64,000 bases of DNA, taken from Setoptus koraiensis. Its lineage: Eukaryota > Animalia > Arthropoda. Position numbers and translations under genes: made by a program. The notes under the pieces were generated by a model. It worked only from the letters and a program-made list of their open reading frames with translations, had not been told where the DNA came from and searched no databases. Of this stretch, positions 1 to 11,218 are shown in pieces. How positions within the stretch are numbered: position 1 is the stretch's first letter; every line of letters starts with the position of its first letter. The stretch lies in assembly GCA_048013815.1 (NCBI GenBank), contig CM106585.1, positions 2,728,001 to 2,792,000 on the forward strand. Reading direction: 5' to 3'.

Positions 1-136
1 ATCAGTCACAGGTGAGTTGATGATTGCGCTCACTACATTTCATGAATATAACAGCTAATCATAGATTACGCTCACAGGATGCCCGATATGTCGTTCAAGA
101 ACTGTTAGTTCCTGCTTAAAACACCCGATTTCTTAA
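1..136 (+). CDS. Possible 3' end of a RING-finger protein gene entering from the left (exon ..11, intron 12-77, last exon 78-136)
   Basis: Donor CAG|GTGAGT at 11/12 and acceptor CTCACAG| at 77. The phase-1 join reads ..SVTGCPICRSRTVSSCLKHPIS*, and CPICR is the typical last CxxC of RING domains. Only 22 residues are visible and two other AGs (54, 64) are possible acceptors. Confidence 0.3.
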
Positions 137-1843
137 GGAATCCATTCTCGATATTTACCGATTCTGAAAAGGCAATCATGTTGAGTTCAATAATGTAAGA
201 CTGTAAATCTGATCATTTGCCCTAGAAATAAACTAGAAAAGATTGTCGTGTTTGTTTAGTTTCGAATTGGATGAGTTTTGATTCTATTCTCAAGCCAACA
301 CTCTTCTAGCAATCGAATAATCGTTCATTAATCTACAACCGAATCAAACTAGAAAGGATTCATCGGTATCGAGGCTTGATTCAGTGGTAGAATGGTCAAT
401 ATATAGTGACGCAGCATAACTAGTCGTGGTCCTATGACGGCCCATAATGATAAGTAGCGATCTACGTTTTTTTTTTCTGATCTCTAATACTCGGCTCAAA
501 AGAATCTATTGGTTGTTGACAGAAATATTTCGGGCTTGAGGCTGAAAACTGAAAAGTTTATTTGGGGCTTGTCAGTTATAGACAAACAATCATATTTCGC
601 CTTGAACAGATTCTTGTGCCTCCATCGCATACCTGCCACAGAATAGAGAAATATCGACTGAATGCAGAAAATTGGAAAATAGTTTTTTCGATCTTGAGGA
701 CTGATTTGGTTGGGGCTATCAATCGATCAGCGATTAATAACTTCAAAGAAATATGAACAGTTGGATCTGAACCTCTATATATGCTTCTTCGTCGTCTTAT
801 TCTGCTCTAACGCTAGAAAATGCCATAATGTATGAGTCCGATGAAAAGTTTTTCAACTTCTTATGGTGTCTTGCCTCGGCAGGTTTATTAGGATATTATC
901 ATCAGTTGTCCTTGCTTAAAATCAGCACTATTAGTGATGATTTGGCTGTCAACAGTAGAAGAGAAATTTCTGATCATGGTTCGGATAATAGGATGACAGG
1001 CAACCGAAAAGAATCTATTCTATCTGTAGATAATGTCTCGGCGATAGCAAATTCTGGTAGGTAGTTACTGTTAATCCGGAAGATAACGAGGGCGTATGAT
1101 ACGCGGGCCAAAATAAACAATCGACATTGAATTTAAACAAGATCTAGAATAAGGGTCAACCGTGGATAAAAATACCATTTGTATTGTTACCAGGTGATAA
1201 ATTGTGTTGGCACCCCGAGAAACAAACAAAACACAAGATTTTGTAAATAGTGAATTTCATTCACTGATATGTGTGCCTACAGTTACTGCTAAGTTGTTCT
1301 TGTGTGCCCATAATATTTGGTACAGTTTTGAATTATTCATATGCAACCAACTCCGACTGCATTAAGGCGTTTTATTCATTCAAAGAATTCAATCTGAGTA
1401 TAGTCTTATCGGCACCTTTCGAGCATACATTGTTATTGGTGTGTGCTTTCGTCCACCTTCTTCTGGAATTGAAAAAGCATATATCCAACATATTATAAAC
1501 AAGTTACCCCTCAGACCACACATTTATGTTTTTCAGTTGTCTGAGACGAAATTTAGACTGAATGGTGCCAAAAATAGATGCGGTGATCAATTATTTATAA
1601 TGCACCATTGTAAATTTAATTCATGTCTAGATGCATTACTGAGAACAGCGTTAGTAAATATTGTCGTGTAGTGTTAGCAGGGGGCACTAGATGGGCTCCT
1701 TCTTGACTTGCTTCCTCTCGCGAAATGTCGGTTACAAATTTGTTAGTGTTGTTATGTTAATTTACAACAATTGTGTTTGCAACATTAGATACATACTTGG
1801 AAAGGTTTTATTCAAATATTAATTTACCATATAATAAATCACA

Positions 1844-4061
1844 ATGACTGAGCGAATTGAGCAACTAATGAGCTGGGTATTTTCAAGTGTTGGTAAAAAT
1901 TGTCCAGGCAATCGAGACGATCACGCAACCATAGAGTGCCATTTCTTAACTAAACCATACATGTCGGACTCAATAGAAAAAGATTTCATGAAATTGTTTG
2001 ATGTCAGTCTGGAGCAAGATAGTCAAGTGAAAAATACTTACATGGATATTGCGTTGGGTATATCAGTGGCGGGCACTACTATTTTCCATGACAGGTACCC
2101 CATATACCAACGACATAAACATCAACTACAACAGCAAATTGCGTCAATTGGGGTCGAGCAAACAGAGCAAAAATCTACAACTGAAATCATGGAGGAAAAG
2201 GATAATTATGATTGTCAAGCACCAGATTTAGAGACGTCCAAGATGTCGGACGAAGAGCGTTATTCTGTGAATGTTGACAGCACATTACGACTGATCATTC
2301 ATTGCACATTCAGAGTGTATCAATTGATAAATTGTATTATGTTATTTAAGTTAATAACTGGTTTATTTGTAGACAGACCGACAGGACTATTTTATGGTGA
2401 TCTATTTCTGACAAAATACTTTGACATTGGCGACCCTATGTACTCGCTCATAGTGGCCATAGTCTTACTGACAGGTTTTACGGGTCTCACATTTAGAGAC
2501 AGTGTAGAGCCAAACAACAATAGTCCGATAGACTCAGCTATGGCCAAAAATCAGTACACTTATTTTTGTGAGCCATTTGTTAGCGAGCAACAGTTCAAGC
2601 AACAATCGCGAAGTATTAGATTTACATGTAAACAATTCAGTTTGGATATTAGAGATCACACCCGACTATCTATGACACTTATAATTGCAAGCTCACTCTT
2701 TACCTATGTCTATAGCTTATGGTATCAGTGGCCTATCGTTGGTCATGTGTTTGAATATTCTAATACATATAACAACACAACTAAAACGCACAATGTCACC
2801 AGAATGGAAGAGGATCCCATTTATGCATCTATAATAGTGACGCATAACCTCAAGAAGATAAATTTAACCGAGGACGAGATGTTTTGGATCAGGTTTTGCA
2901 CAATAGCGTGGTCGCCAATTTACCCATTTTGGACAAGTATGACCATATTAAGAATCTACTGCATGATCTATTGTTTCAGATCGCGCTCGAAGATGCTCAT
3001 GCAACAATTTAAAGCGATTCGATTACGACTGCAATATCTCGTAAATCAACTTATCAAAGAAGACAACAAGACTCATTATTCAGCACAAAACTTCAATTTA
3101 CTGCACAACACACATGAAAACTTCTACGAGAATTTCCACTCAGTGACAATGGCAAACAACAGTGCCGGAAGTGACAGAGGCGCGCACCACAAGGATCAAA
3201 TGAATTATGTTTGCAAAGTATTGAGAATAAACGAGGACCATTGTCGCAAATTGGCGCTGTTATTTTTAAAACACAATGAATTGTGCGAAATATTGCACAG
3301 GTCCGACCTGTTCTGGTCAGGCATTATGCAACAATATTGGCTCAGTGCTTTCTTCATAATGGCCTGGGTCTTGTTTTATTTATTTCACGTGAAAACTAGC
3401 ATGTTTCTAGCTATCAATTACGCTTATATAGGAATGATATTTCTGGTGCAGTTGGCCATAATCGCAGTCAGTTGTATGAGACTCACTAGAGAGGCACACG
3501 CACCTAAGGACCCTCTGGAGTATATTCTATACAATGTGCGCCTGCCCAAACTAACCACCCACTATGTAAGTAGCTTGTTGGCGACGATTCGTGCCAATAA
3601 ATACAAGATCTAATTAATTAAGATCTCACTAATTAAGATCTCACTAATTAAGATCTTACTAATTAAGGTCTGGTTATGAGATCATCAATTAGATTGCGCC
3701 AATTATATTCATCAATCATTATCTTTTCGCCAATCCGATAGGTGATTGACTTTTACGAGCGCACCAGCGGCCTCACAATCGGCTACACGACACGGGGACT
3801 AGGCGAGCGGGTGCTAGACGCAGCCGGATTGGCTTGGGTAAGTTGCGTGCGCCAAATTGACGCTGATTGACCAGTGAAATATCTCGAATTTGATACGTAT
3901 ACTAATAATGATAATTGAACCATTGCTCTTATCCCCTACAGTTGGCCAACACGTTCGTTTCCGTGTTTTTCGTATTTAGCGAATTAATAATTACCAGTGT
4001 CAGAGTGCACCATAATGCCACTCTGAACGCCCACACACCCAACTCGAATCGTGCCCACTAG
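1844..4061 (+). CDS. Gustatory receptor (7TM chemoreceptor, chelicerate type), join(1844..3565,3742..3837,3942..4061), ~645 aa
   Basis: The long ORF has several hydrophobic segments and a GR-like C-terminal half (HNELCEILHRSDLFWS..AVSCMRLTREAH). Splice sites: donor TAT|GTAAGT at 3566, acceptor CCGATAG| at 3741, a 96-nt exon VIDFYERTSGLTIGYTTRGLGERVLDAAGLAW, donor TGG|GTAAGT at 3838, acceptor CCCTACAG| at 3941, and last exon LANTFVSVFFVFSELII..AH*. Both introns are phase 0, as is typical for GR C-termini. FYERTSGLTIGY resembles the recalled F-x-ERL-SG-x-x-IGF motif of mite/tick GRs. Confidence 0.85.
3615..3671. repeat. 15-bp tandem repeat (TAATTAAGATCTCAC) x~3.8 inside GR intron 1
   Basis: Units start at 3615, 3630, 3645 and 3660, with degenerate later copies. 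Confidence 0.9.
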
Positions 4062-4355
4062 ATAGAGCCACATACTCAGTGATAAACAGTTATTTGTTGC
4101 AAGCATAATCACATGTATACATTATAGTATATGTCGCATCGGAATATCGCTTCGAACTGGCTGTTCGGGCCTCCTTCTAGAGGCGAAATAAACAGAAACG
4201 ATGAAATTGGAGTGAGAATTTGCAAGAATTGACCCTTCGAGAATCATTTTCGGCCACTTGTATTTCTAACGTGCTTTCCAACATGGCGATCGAACACGAT
4301 TTTTGGCGATTTTGGCGATCGACTTGTGTGTAATGACAATCATATGCACGTTCGC

Positions 4356-5516
4356 ATTTGTCTCACGTTCGCCTGTTTCGCGTGGCCCAACTGGCTGACA
4401 CTGTCGTCAGCGGTGACGTGCGATATGCGGCTGTGGCAAGTGAGCAGCGAGCGTCGTGTCAGCTAATGAAGACGACAACAAAATGAGCCAAAGAGAGAGA
4501 GAGATTTTGTTATGTAATCATAATTTACTTTACGTGCATTTCAGTTGCATTATTGGTGTGTGAATAATGGTGAATAATGGCGAGATAAACGCAGCGCCGA
4601 GAGCGACAGACGAGCAACGAGAGCAATGAGAGTTGCAATCAAGCAACAAACAAACAAACAAACAAACAACGACATGACTCCATTTATCTGAACACTTCTA
4701 TAATGTTCTATAAGTTGTTGTTTTACAGCCAACTACTGGCGTTTGCTGGCTCATGCCACACATACGCTGCTCACGACACGCCGATATATACGGGATAATA
4801 TGCAGGATAATAGGCAGGATATATCCGCATATATCCGTATAAATATCCGTGGCTGGCTGCATGCCAGCGCAATGTGTGCCAGCGAGTGCTTGAGTCCGTG
4901 CTCGGTGCGCCGCGTATATCTGGCAGCAACTGTTGCTCGCGAGCGGCGCTTGTGGCGCTGCCGGCCAAGTATGCGTGGCATATGGGGCGCATCTGGTTTA
5001 GATTATTATTATCTACTTCGGCGTTCGCGGTTCGGCGTTTGCGGCTCGCAGCTCGCAGGTTTGCTGTTCGGAGGCGAAGAAGCGAGCGAGCTCAAGGATG
5101 CAAATGGTCGCATCTTTTACAACATGCGCAAGCGACGTCTGCCTCGCTGGCCAGACCAATCAGTGTATTGCAATCAACACTGAGCACCTGTCACGCGAAT
5201 CGGGTGAAGTGACATGAATCAAACAAAAACCATATTGTGCAACAACACGCAGAACACACAAACAAAGAACAATCAAACAGTAATTAGCATCAGTAACAAC
5301 ATCAAGTGCAATTGCAACCACACCAACCACACCAACAATCACAACAATCACAAACAACGCCCACAACCTTACCTGTAAACTTACCTGTGCATAGAAAATA
5401 CCTGTACCTATAGCCCTCACCTATACAGGTAAGTTGTCGCCCATTTGTTATTTTGTGCACCTGCCGTACAAATTTTGTACTACAAAACTGCTTTCAACGG
5501 CATATGCCAGTGAACA
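4356..5516 (+). repeat. Direct segmental duplication, copy 1 (shorter)
   Basis: 4356-5133 matches 11219-12048, and 5141-5516 matches 13420-13800. Both are near-identical by eye with scattered substitutions and small indels. Confidence 0.97.
4493..5434 (+). promoter_or_regulatory. Putative core promoter and non-coding first exon of the iGluR locus
   Basis: (GA)n at 4493-4504, Inr-like TCAGTT at 4541-4546, and donor CAG|GTAAGT at 5428/5429 with stops in all three frames shortly upstream. A matching acceptor CTACAG| at 5926 lies 1 nt before the iGluR ATG (5928). Confidence 0.5.
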
Positions 5517-5927
5517 GTTAATTAGATGCAGCCCTAAATACATTCGTTTCACTATCAAATGGTCAGACACTGCGAAGTCATCGCAGTTATCGTTTTGCAA
5601 CGAGTCGTGAATATCTTTCGCTGAAGGATTGCTTTGACGCGTCCACATGATTAATTAAATTGCATCATCTTCTATTCTTATATAATCTCTCGCCTCTTGC
5701 TCGATGAACTAGAAAGAGGAAACTACAGCCAATCCGGATAAATCGCACACATGTACAATTGCATTACAAGCACTTTGGACTCATGTTCCAGCACTCGGGA
5801 TGATCAAAAAGAAGCAACATCCGGAATCGTGTCGTGCAATAGTGTAGCCATGAGCTATAGCAAGATATTTAATAACGGCTGAAGAGAAAATTTATCACAA
5901 TTATCATTGCTATTGATAATCTACAGC

Positions 5928-7178
5928 ATGTCCACTCGATCAAACCTATGCCTGGGCCACTGTTGGATAGTTGCAACAATTCTATTGTTAATGCTGGATT
6001 TTAGAAGCATATTTAAATACGACACTGACACTAGTGGCGTTGTGCAGTGTTTGCCAAATCAAATAAATATTGGCATCCTATTAACTGACGATCAAATAGA
6101 GCAGGGAATTCTGTTTAAGTGGGCCATTGAGCAGATAAATTCAAATAGGCGATCATTGCTAGCGAGAACAAAATTAATTGACCATATTAGACGCATTCAA
6201 GAGGGCGACTGTTGGGACACCGAGCAGAAATTGTGCGAACTAATATTAAACGGCATAGTGGCCACAGTGGGCCCGTTGAATCCAATAACGAGCTATCATA
6301 TTGGTAGCATTTGTGACACACTTGAGGTGCCCCATTTGAATATTTTTTCGAAGTGATTTGTTCTGAACGAGGGCACCGACAAACAATGGAACGGAATGAT
6401 CAAGGAAATAATGGAAGGCAAAACGGATTTGGCCATAGCGGATCTGAGTATAACTGAAATAAATCTGAGTCGTCGCGCGAGCACGCCGTCGATTTTACGT
6501 TGCCGTTCATGAATACGGGCATATCGATATTGTACAAGAAGCCGCTGCAATCAGAGCTGAAATTGTTCTCGTTTTTGTCGCCGTTCAAGAACGACGTCTG
6601 GATATGGATGTGATAATAGCCTACATTGGGGTCAGTTTGTCGCGTCAGTTTTTCGTGGGCCGCATCAGCCCATACGAGTGGTGCGATCTGCACCCATGCC
6701 GCCACGACGGCAAGATATTGCGCAACCAGTTGGGCGTGGGCAACAGTTGCTGGTTCATCATAGCCGCGCTCATACAGCAGGGCTCCGATTTGACGCCCCG
6801 TTCGCCGAGCACCCGCTTGGTGGCGTCAACGTAGTACTTTTTTACGCTCATAATGATATCGTCTTACACGGTCAATTTGCGCAAACAAACGAGGACGGAA
6901 AACGACGCGTCGAAGCAGGAAATTATGCCTTCTTCATGGAGTCGGCCTCCATCGACAACAGCCAAAGTGGCGAAAGTGTCAAAGAGCTCGCCATGGCCAA
7001 TGTTGGCGGAATATTCTTGGTGCTGTTCTTGGGCGGCTGCAAATCCATTCTCATCTGTCTGCTTGAATTGTATGTCAAGTGTCGCAAAACGGCCAGGGCC
7101 CACCTGAGTATAGCGACAAATTGCGCCTCTAACATTGTCATCTCAATATTCTGGCTCACATTATCTCACATTTTCTAA
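5928..7178 (+). pseudogene. Degenerate ionotropic glutamate receptor, kainate-type (GRIK/KaiR-like)
   Basis: Collinear motifs: signal peptide plus ATD start (INIG..FKWAIEQIN..LCELILNGIVATVGP..SICDTLEVPHL), S1 (WNGMIKEIMEGKTDLAIADLSIT; REHAVDFTLPFMNTGISILYKKP; LFSFLSPF..DVW), M1-M3 (RISPYEW; NSCWFIIAALIQQGSDLTPRSPSTRLVA; FFTLIMISSYTVNL), S2 (RRVEAGNYAFFMES) and M4 (LAMANVGGIFLVL). Lesions: stop at 6354-6356, frameshifts near 6465, 6605 and 6880, TAG in place of a conserved Trp at 6832-6834, and large deletions in the ATD and S2. Confidence 0.9.
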
Positions 7179-9051
7179 TGCCCATACCTACTAGAATTTG
7201 CCCCTTCCGCAGGGCACCGGAAGCAGCTGAGGCGGCGCTGGAAGCTGACCACATCCTGTTGGTGATTGATACCTGTTGCTGTCCATTTCGGCTACGCTAT
7301 CAATGTTCATTTCAGCTGCACAATCAAGCTACAACTCGCAAATATCACCTGACCTGACAAATGTTTCGCTGCTTGCATTCCATCGCTGCTTCCATGCTTT
7401 CATCGGCGGATTACGACAAATTCACTCTCTGTTTGAACCGAACTGGAACAATAAGTTGATGGGAGACAGTGATAGTTCTAAGGGCCACTCCACCGGAAGC
7501 ACTAGTGCCCATATTACTCCCTTATTATATGTTATATATTCAGTTGTTGGTTCAAGCCTTTTGGTAGATGATGCAAATCGTGCTGCAACTGGTAGCAGTC
7601 TGAATGTTACTGCTCATTGAGGAGATTGTAAGTTTTCTGTCATCGTTGTTTATTTTTGCCGTTGTACATAGATATATTGTATTGTTGAATGTTTATGTAA
7701 GTGCCTCTATAAACAATTTATCCTGCAATCACACGAAATGTCGCAATTATCGTATGCGGGTTACGGCTAAAGAAAGAGGCCAAAGTTTTATAAACTCTCC
7801 CCGCCCCGGACCGGTGGTGCAAAATGTGAGGGACTTTTGTGGAGACAGAAGGTGGATGATAAGAAAATTGACGAACAGCCTGCTGGAAGGCGAGATGCCC
7901 AAGAACTTGTTCTTGGCAATAAGATAGAAGCGTTCTCAATGCCGGCGATGCGATCGATATGGTGGCCCAAATGTCGAGGCCCAAACTGCCCTCACATGTT
8001 CTAAATGGGTAGAGGGTGCCATTTACACACGACAAATATTAATTACCACAAATATAAATTATTACAAGTACAAATTGTATTATGCAATGTTTTTTACATA
8101 TACCCAACATTCAATGAAAACTGGGCCCATCAGATGGAGCCACATACCCAGCGATAAACTGTTTGTTGCGGGCACCATCGCATGTATAGTAACTGCTAAC
8201 TGTGTAAATAAGTTGCATCGCATCAAAATATCGCGTCGAAAATGGCCGAACTGGCTTTGCGGGGCCCCTATCTGGCGAATGAGGCAAAAAGGATGAAACT
8301 GGGACGAGAATTTGCACAAATTGAGCCGCTGAAAATCATTTTCGAGCAGCGCGTTCGGTGTCTCTGGCGTGCGTTCCAACGCGCAATCGGACACGGGCCG
8401 ATTCGGTGATCGATTTTGGTGCAACGGCGATCATTGGTGCACGTTACGCAATCGGCATTGAGATATATACATCTGTGTATATAATATATACAGATATATG
8501 TCTATGCCAGGCAAACAAAAGTCTCACGCAGCAACAATGAAACGACGACATTACATGATGGACATGATGCGATAAAGTCATGTGTCCCTCTATCTTAATT
8601 TGCCATCTCCGTGGCCATAGATGCTTTATGGCCAAATTGACTTTAGATGCGGCATTGCATTCGATACTGCATTTGATGTGATATAATTAATAGTATATTT
8701 GCAGTGATTTCCTGAATGTTGTTGCTGTCGCTGTCGAAATTGTCGTCTGTTTCTCTGTCGTGCATTCGTAGCAATTGTGCCTCTATCTCTTTGTTTGTGT
8801 GTCGCTCTGTCGCAATTGTTGGGCTCGATTGTTGGGCTCGATTGGTCGGCCGATCGGTCGGCCCGATCGGTGGCCGCCATTTGTGATCGGTGATGTGTGT
8901 GCGTGTACGTCGGATCAAACAACAATTACGTATTGATCGCGACGGCTATTAACGTCAACGTTGCTCGCACCACCAATTAGAGACTTGTGTGCGCCCCTAA
9001 TGACTATTGACCGTTGCCCGTCATGATCGAGGGGCGCCCCAAACGCGGCCA

Positions 9052-9067
9052 CGTTGCGGCCGCAACG
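9052..9067. other. 16-bp perfect palindrome CGTTGCGGCCGCAACG
   Basis: Read directly; equals its own reverse complement. Confidence 0.95.
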
Positions 9068-10959
9068 CGTCCAGATCTGGCCGCCGGTCAAGACACGAGC
9101 GCCGACAAACAACCGCTTTGTTCAAATGTCGGTGCTCGGGACGTTGCGGCCGGGATGCGGGTCGGCGGCGCCGCCGGCGACCCGATATCATGCAAGTTAC
9201 ATGTGCACACACATGTGGCGTATGTGCGTCTGTATAGATATTTGGTATTTATACGCTCCCATCCTGGGATTGCTGTGCAATTTGGCGCGGATAGGCGGCA
9301 ATTTAGATTGCTGCAAACTGATTAATTGCAACTAATTCTTGCACCGCTAGCGAACAGACAACAGCAAGTTATGCAACAACCTATGCTGCACAGTTCATTG
9401 ATTTGGCTTGGCTTTCAATTGGGCGCCCCAATTCAATTGGGCCGGCGAGCTGGCCAGCGCCATGAGGGGCAGCATAAAGGGGCAAACCTATTTTAAATGA
9501 TGGATAAACACTGGCCGGCAGACTTGTACGCAAATTGCAACTTGTAACTTGTGACTCGCGACTTGCGACTCGCGACTCGTGCGTTTGTGTGTAAAATAAA
9601 TGATGGCGTGCAGAAATAATAGCAAATAATAGCAAGTAATAGCAAATAATAGCAAATAATAGCCCGGAATAATAAATAGGCAGCGCCACTAATTATTGCC
9701 GGCGCTTATAGGCCGGCGCGCTGGCCGCCGATAATTAGTGGCCGCACAAGCCAGCAGGGCAATCGTTGATTGAGCCGGCCCGGCCAGCTCGGCAGTGTGC
9801 GCACGCCGGCCAGCGGCGAGGGGCGCCCGCGACGGGGCCAGGTTACACACAAACGAGTGCGTGTTTGCGTTGGGGCCCCCGCCATTGCGACTCGCGTGAG
9901 AGTTGCGCCGACGGTCGTGCCGCCAGTGGTGCCGGTCGCGGTGCTATCAATGGACAGCAACAACAACAATTAGGCGCTGTCCGCCGATATCGCTGGTGGC
10001 GTTTTAAATGAAATTGTCGCTCGTCGGGCTGTCGGGCTCATCGGGCTGGTCGGGCACGGCCGCGCACCGACAGGCCAAAGCCACGGAACGGGGGCACCCA
10101 CAGGCGCACAGCGAGCGGACGGGGCGCCCATAGGCGCGCAGCAGCGGACGGGGCACCCACAGGCAGCGCACCGCCGCAGCCGTGAGCGTTTCATTTGGGC
10201 AGGGGTGAGTTTAATTTCAAAATTAATTAATGATCTGCTACAATTGGCGGCCGGCGTGACCGTTGCTTGACCGAGTGGCGAGCATTGATCAACTTTTCAA
10301 TTGGTATACATTTGCCAATTGTGCCGATTGTGCCAATTGTGCCCCGTCTACGTGTTTACTGTTTGCTCGTGAATGGCTGGCGACGTTTTTTTGCTCGCTT
10401 TCGCTCGCCCTCGCACTGCTCGTCGTGCCCGCTCGTCCGGCCCACTCGACGGGCCCCACATGCCCGCTCGACTTGCGCGTGCGGCAACGCCGCCACTGGC
10501 GACGCTGACGTAATGGCCGCTCGGCGCTATCGCTCGCCGGTCGGTGTTCGGTGGCTTCAGCGATAATTGTATTCGTGTATTCGTTTGTGACAAACGGTTT
10601 ATTGTCTACTTTTCACCAGTTTGGCCACCAGTGACGCAATCAGCGGCTCGTTGAAAACTTAAATTAGTGATGAAAATTAGTGTTGGTTCAAGCCGGACTG
10701 CAGTGCCATCTGCAGGCAACGTGCCGCAAGCTGCCGCTTGCGGTGCCGAGTGGTGCAGGCGTTCAGGCGCTCATGGTGGCGCACCGATCAGCGCCAAAAT
10801 CAGCGCCATTTTCTGTCTATGTTTGCGAAAATTTCGCCGAAAGCCGGATAAATGGATAGACGGATAAATGGCTGGCTGGCTGTAGGGAATAAATGGCTGG
10901 ATAAACGAGACGGAGTGAACGAGTAACGAGCAGCCAGTCAACGAGCAATGAGTGGATGA

Positions 10960-11095
10960 GTAAATGGGCAAATGATAAAAATGAGTAAACGAGCAAATGA
11001 TAAAAACGAGTAAATGAGCAAATGATAAAAACGAGTAAATGAGAGAAGGAGAAAATTAGAAAATGAGTAAATGATAAAAATGAGCAAATGATCGA
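10960..11095. repeat. Purine-rich degenerate ~23-25-bp tandem repeat (AAATGATAAAAACGAGTAAATGAGC-like)
   Basis: About 5 imperfect units shortly upstream of duplication copy 2. Confidence 0.8.
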
Positions 11096-11218
11096 ATGCA
11101 GCCAGCACAAAGACGTTCAAGTCACCGCAAACAGCACGGTGACGACTGTGACGAGCTGCAACACCGACAAAGAGAAGACAAAAAGTAGATTACTTTTGCT
11201 GTGATTGCCAGTCGCCGT

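Noticed and set aside
4743-5183. 146-aa ORF in duplication copy 1 and 102-125 aa ORFs in copy 2
   Set aside because: The frame is not conserved between the copies because 7-mer expansions and indels shift it, so the segment is treated as non-coding.
7718-8035. Minus-strand ORF with faint IR/iGluR-like words (SLGLDIWATI, QFSYHPPSVSTKV)
   Set aside because: The similarity is too weak and the intervening hydrophobic helices are missing. A profile search would be needed.
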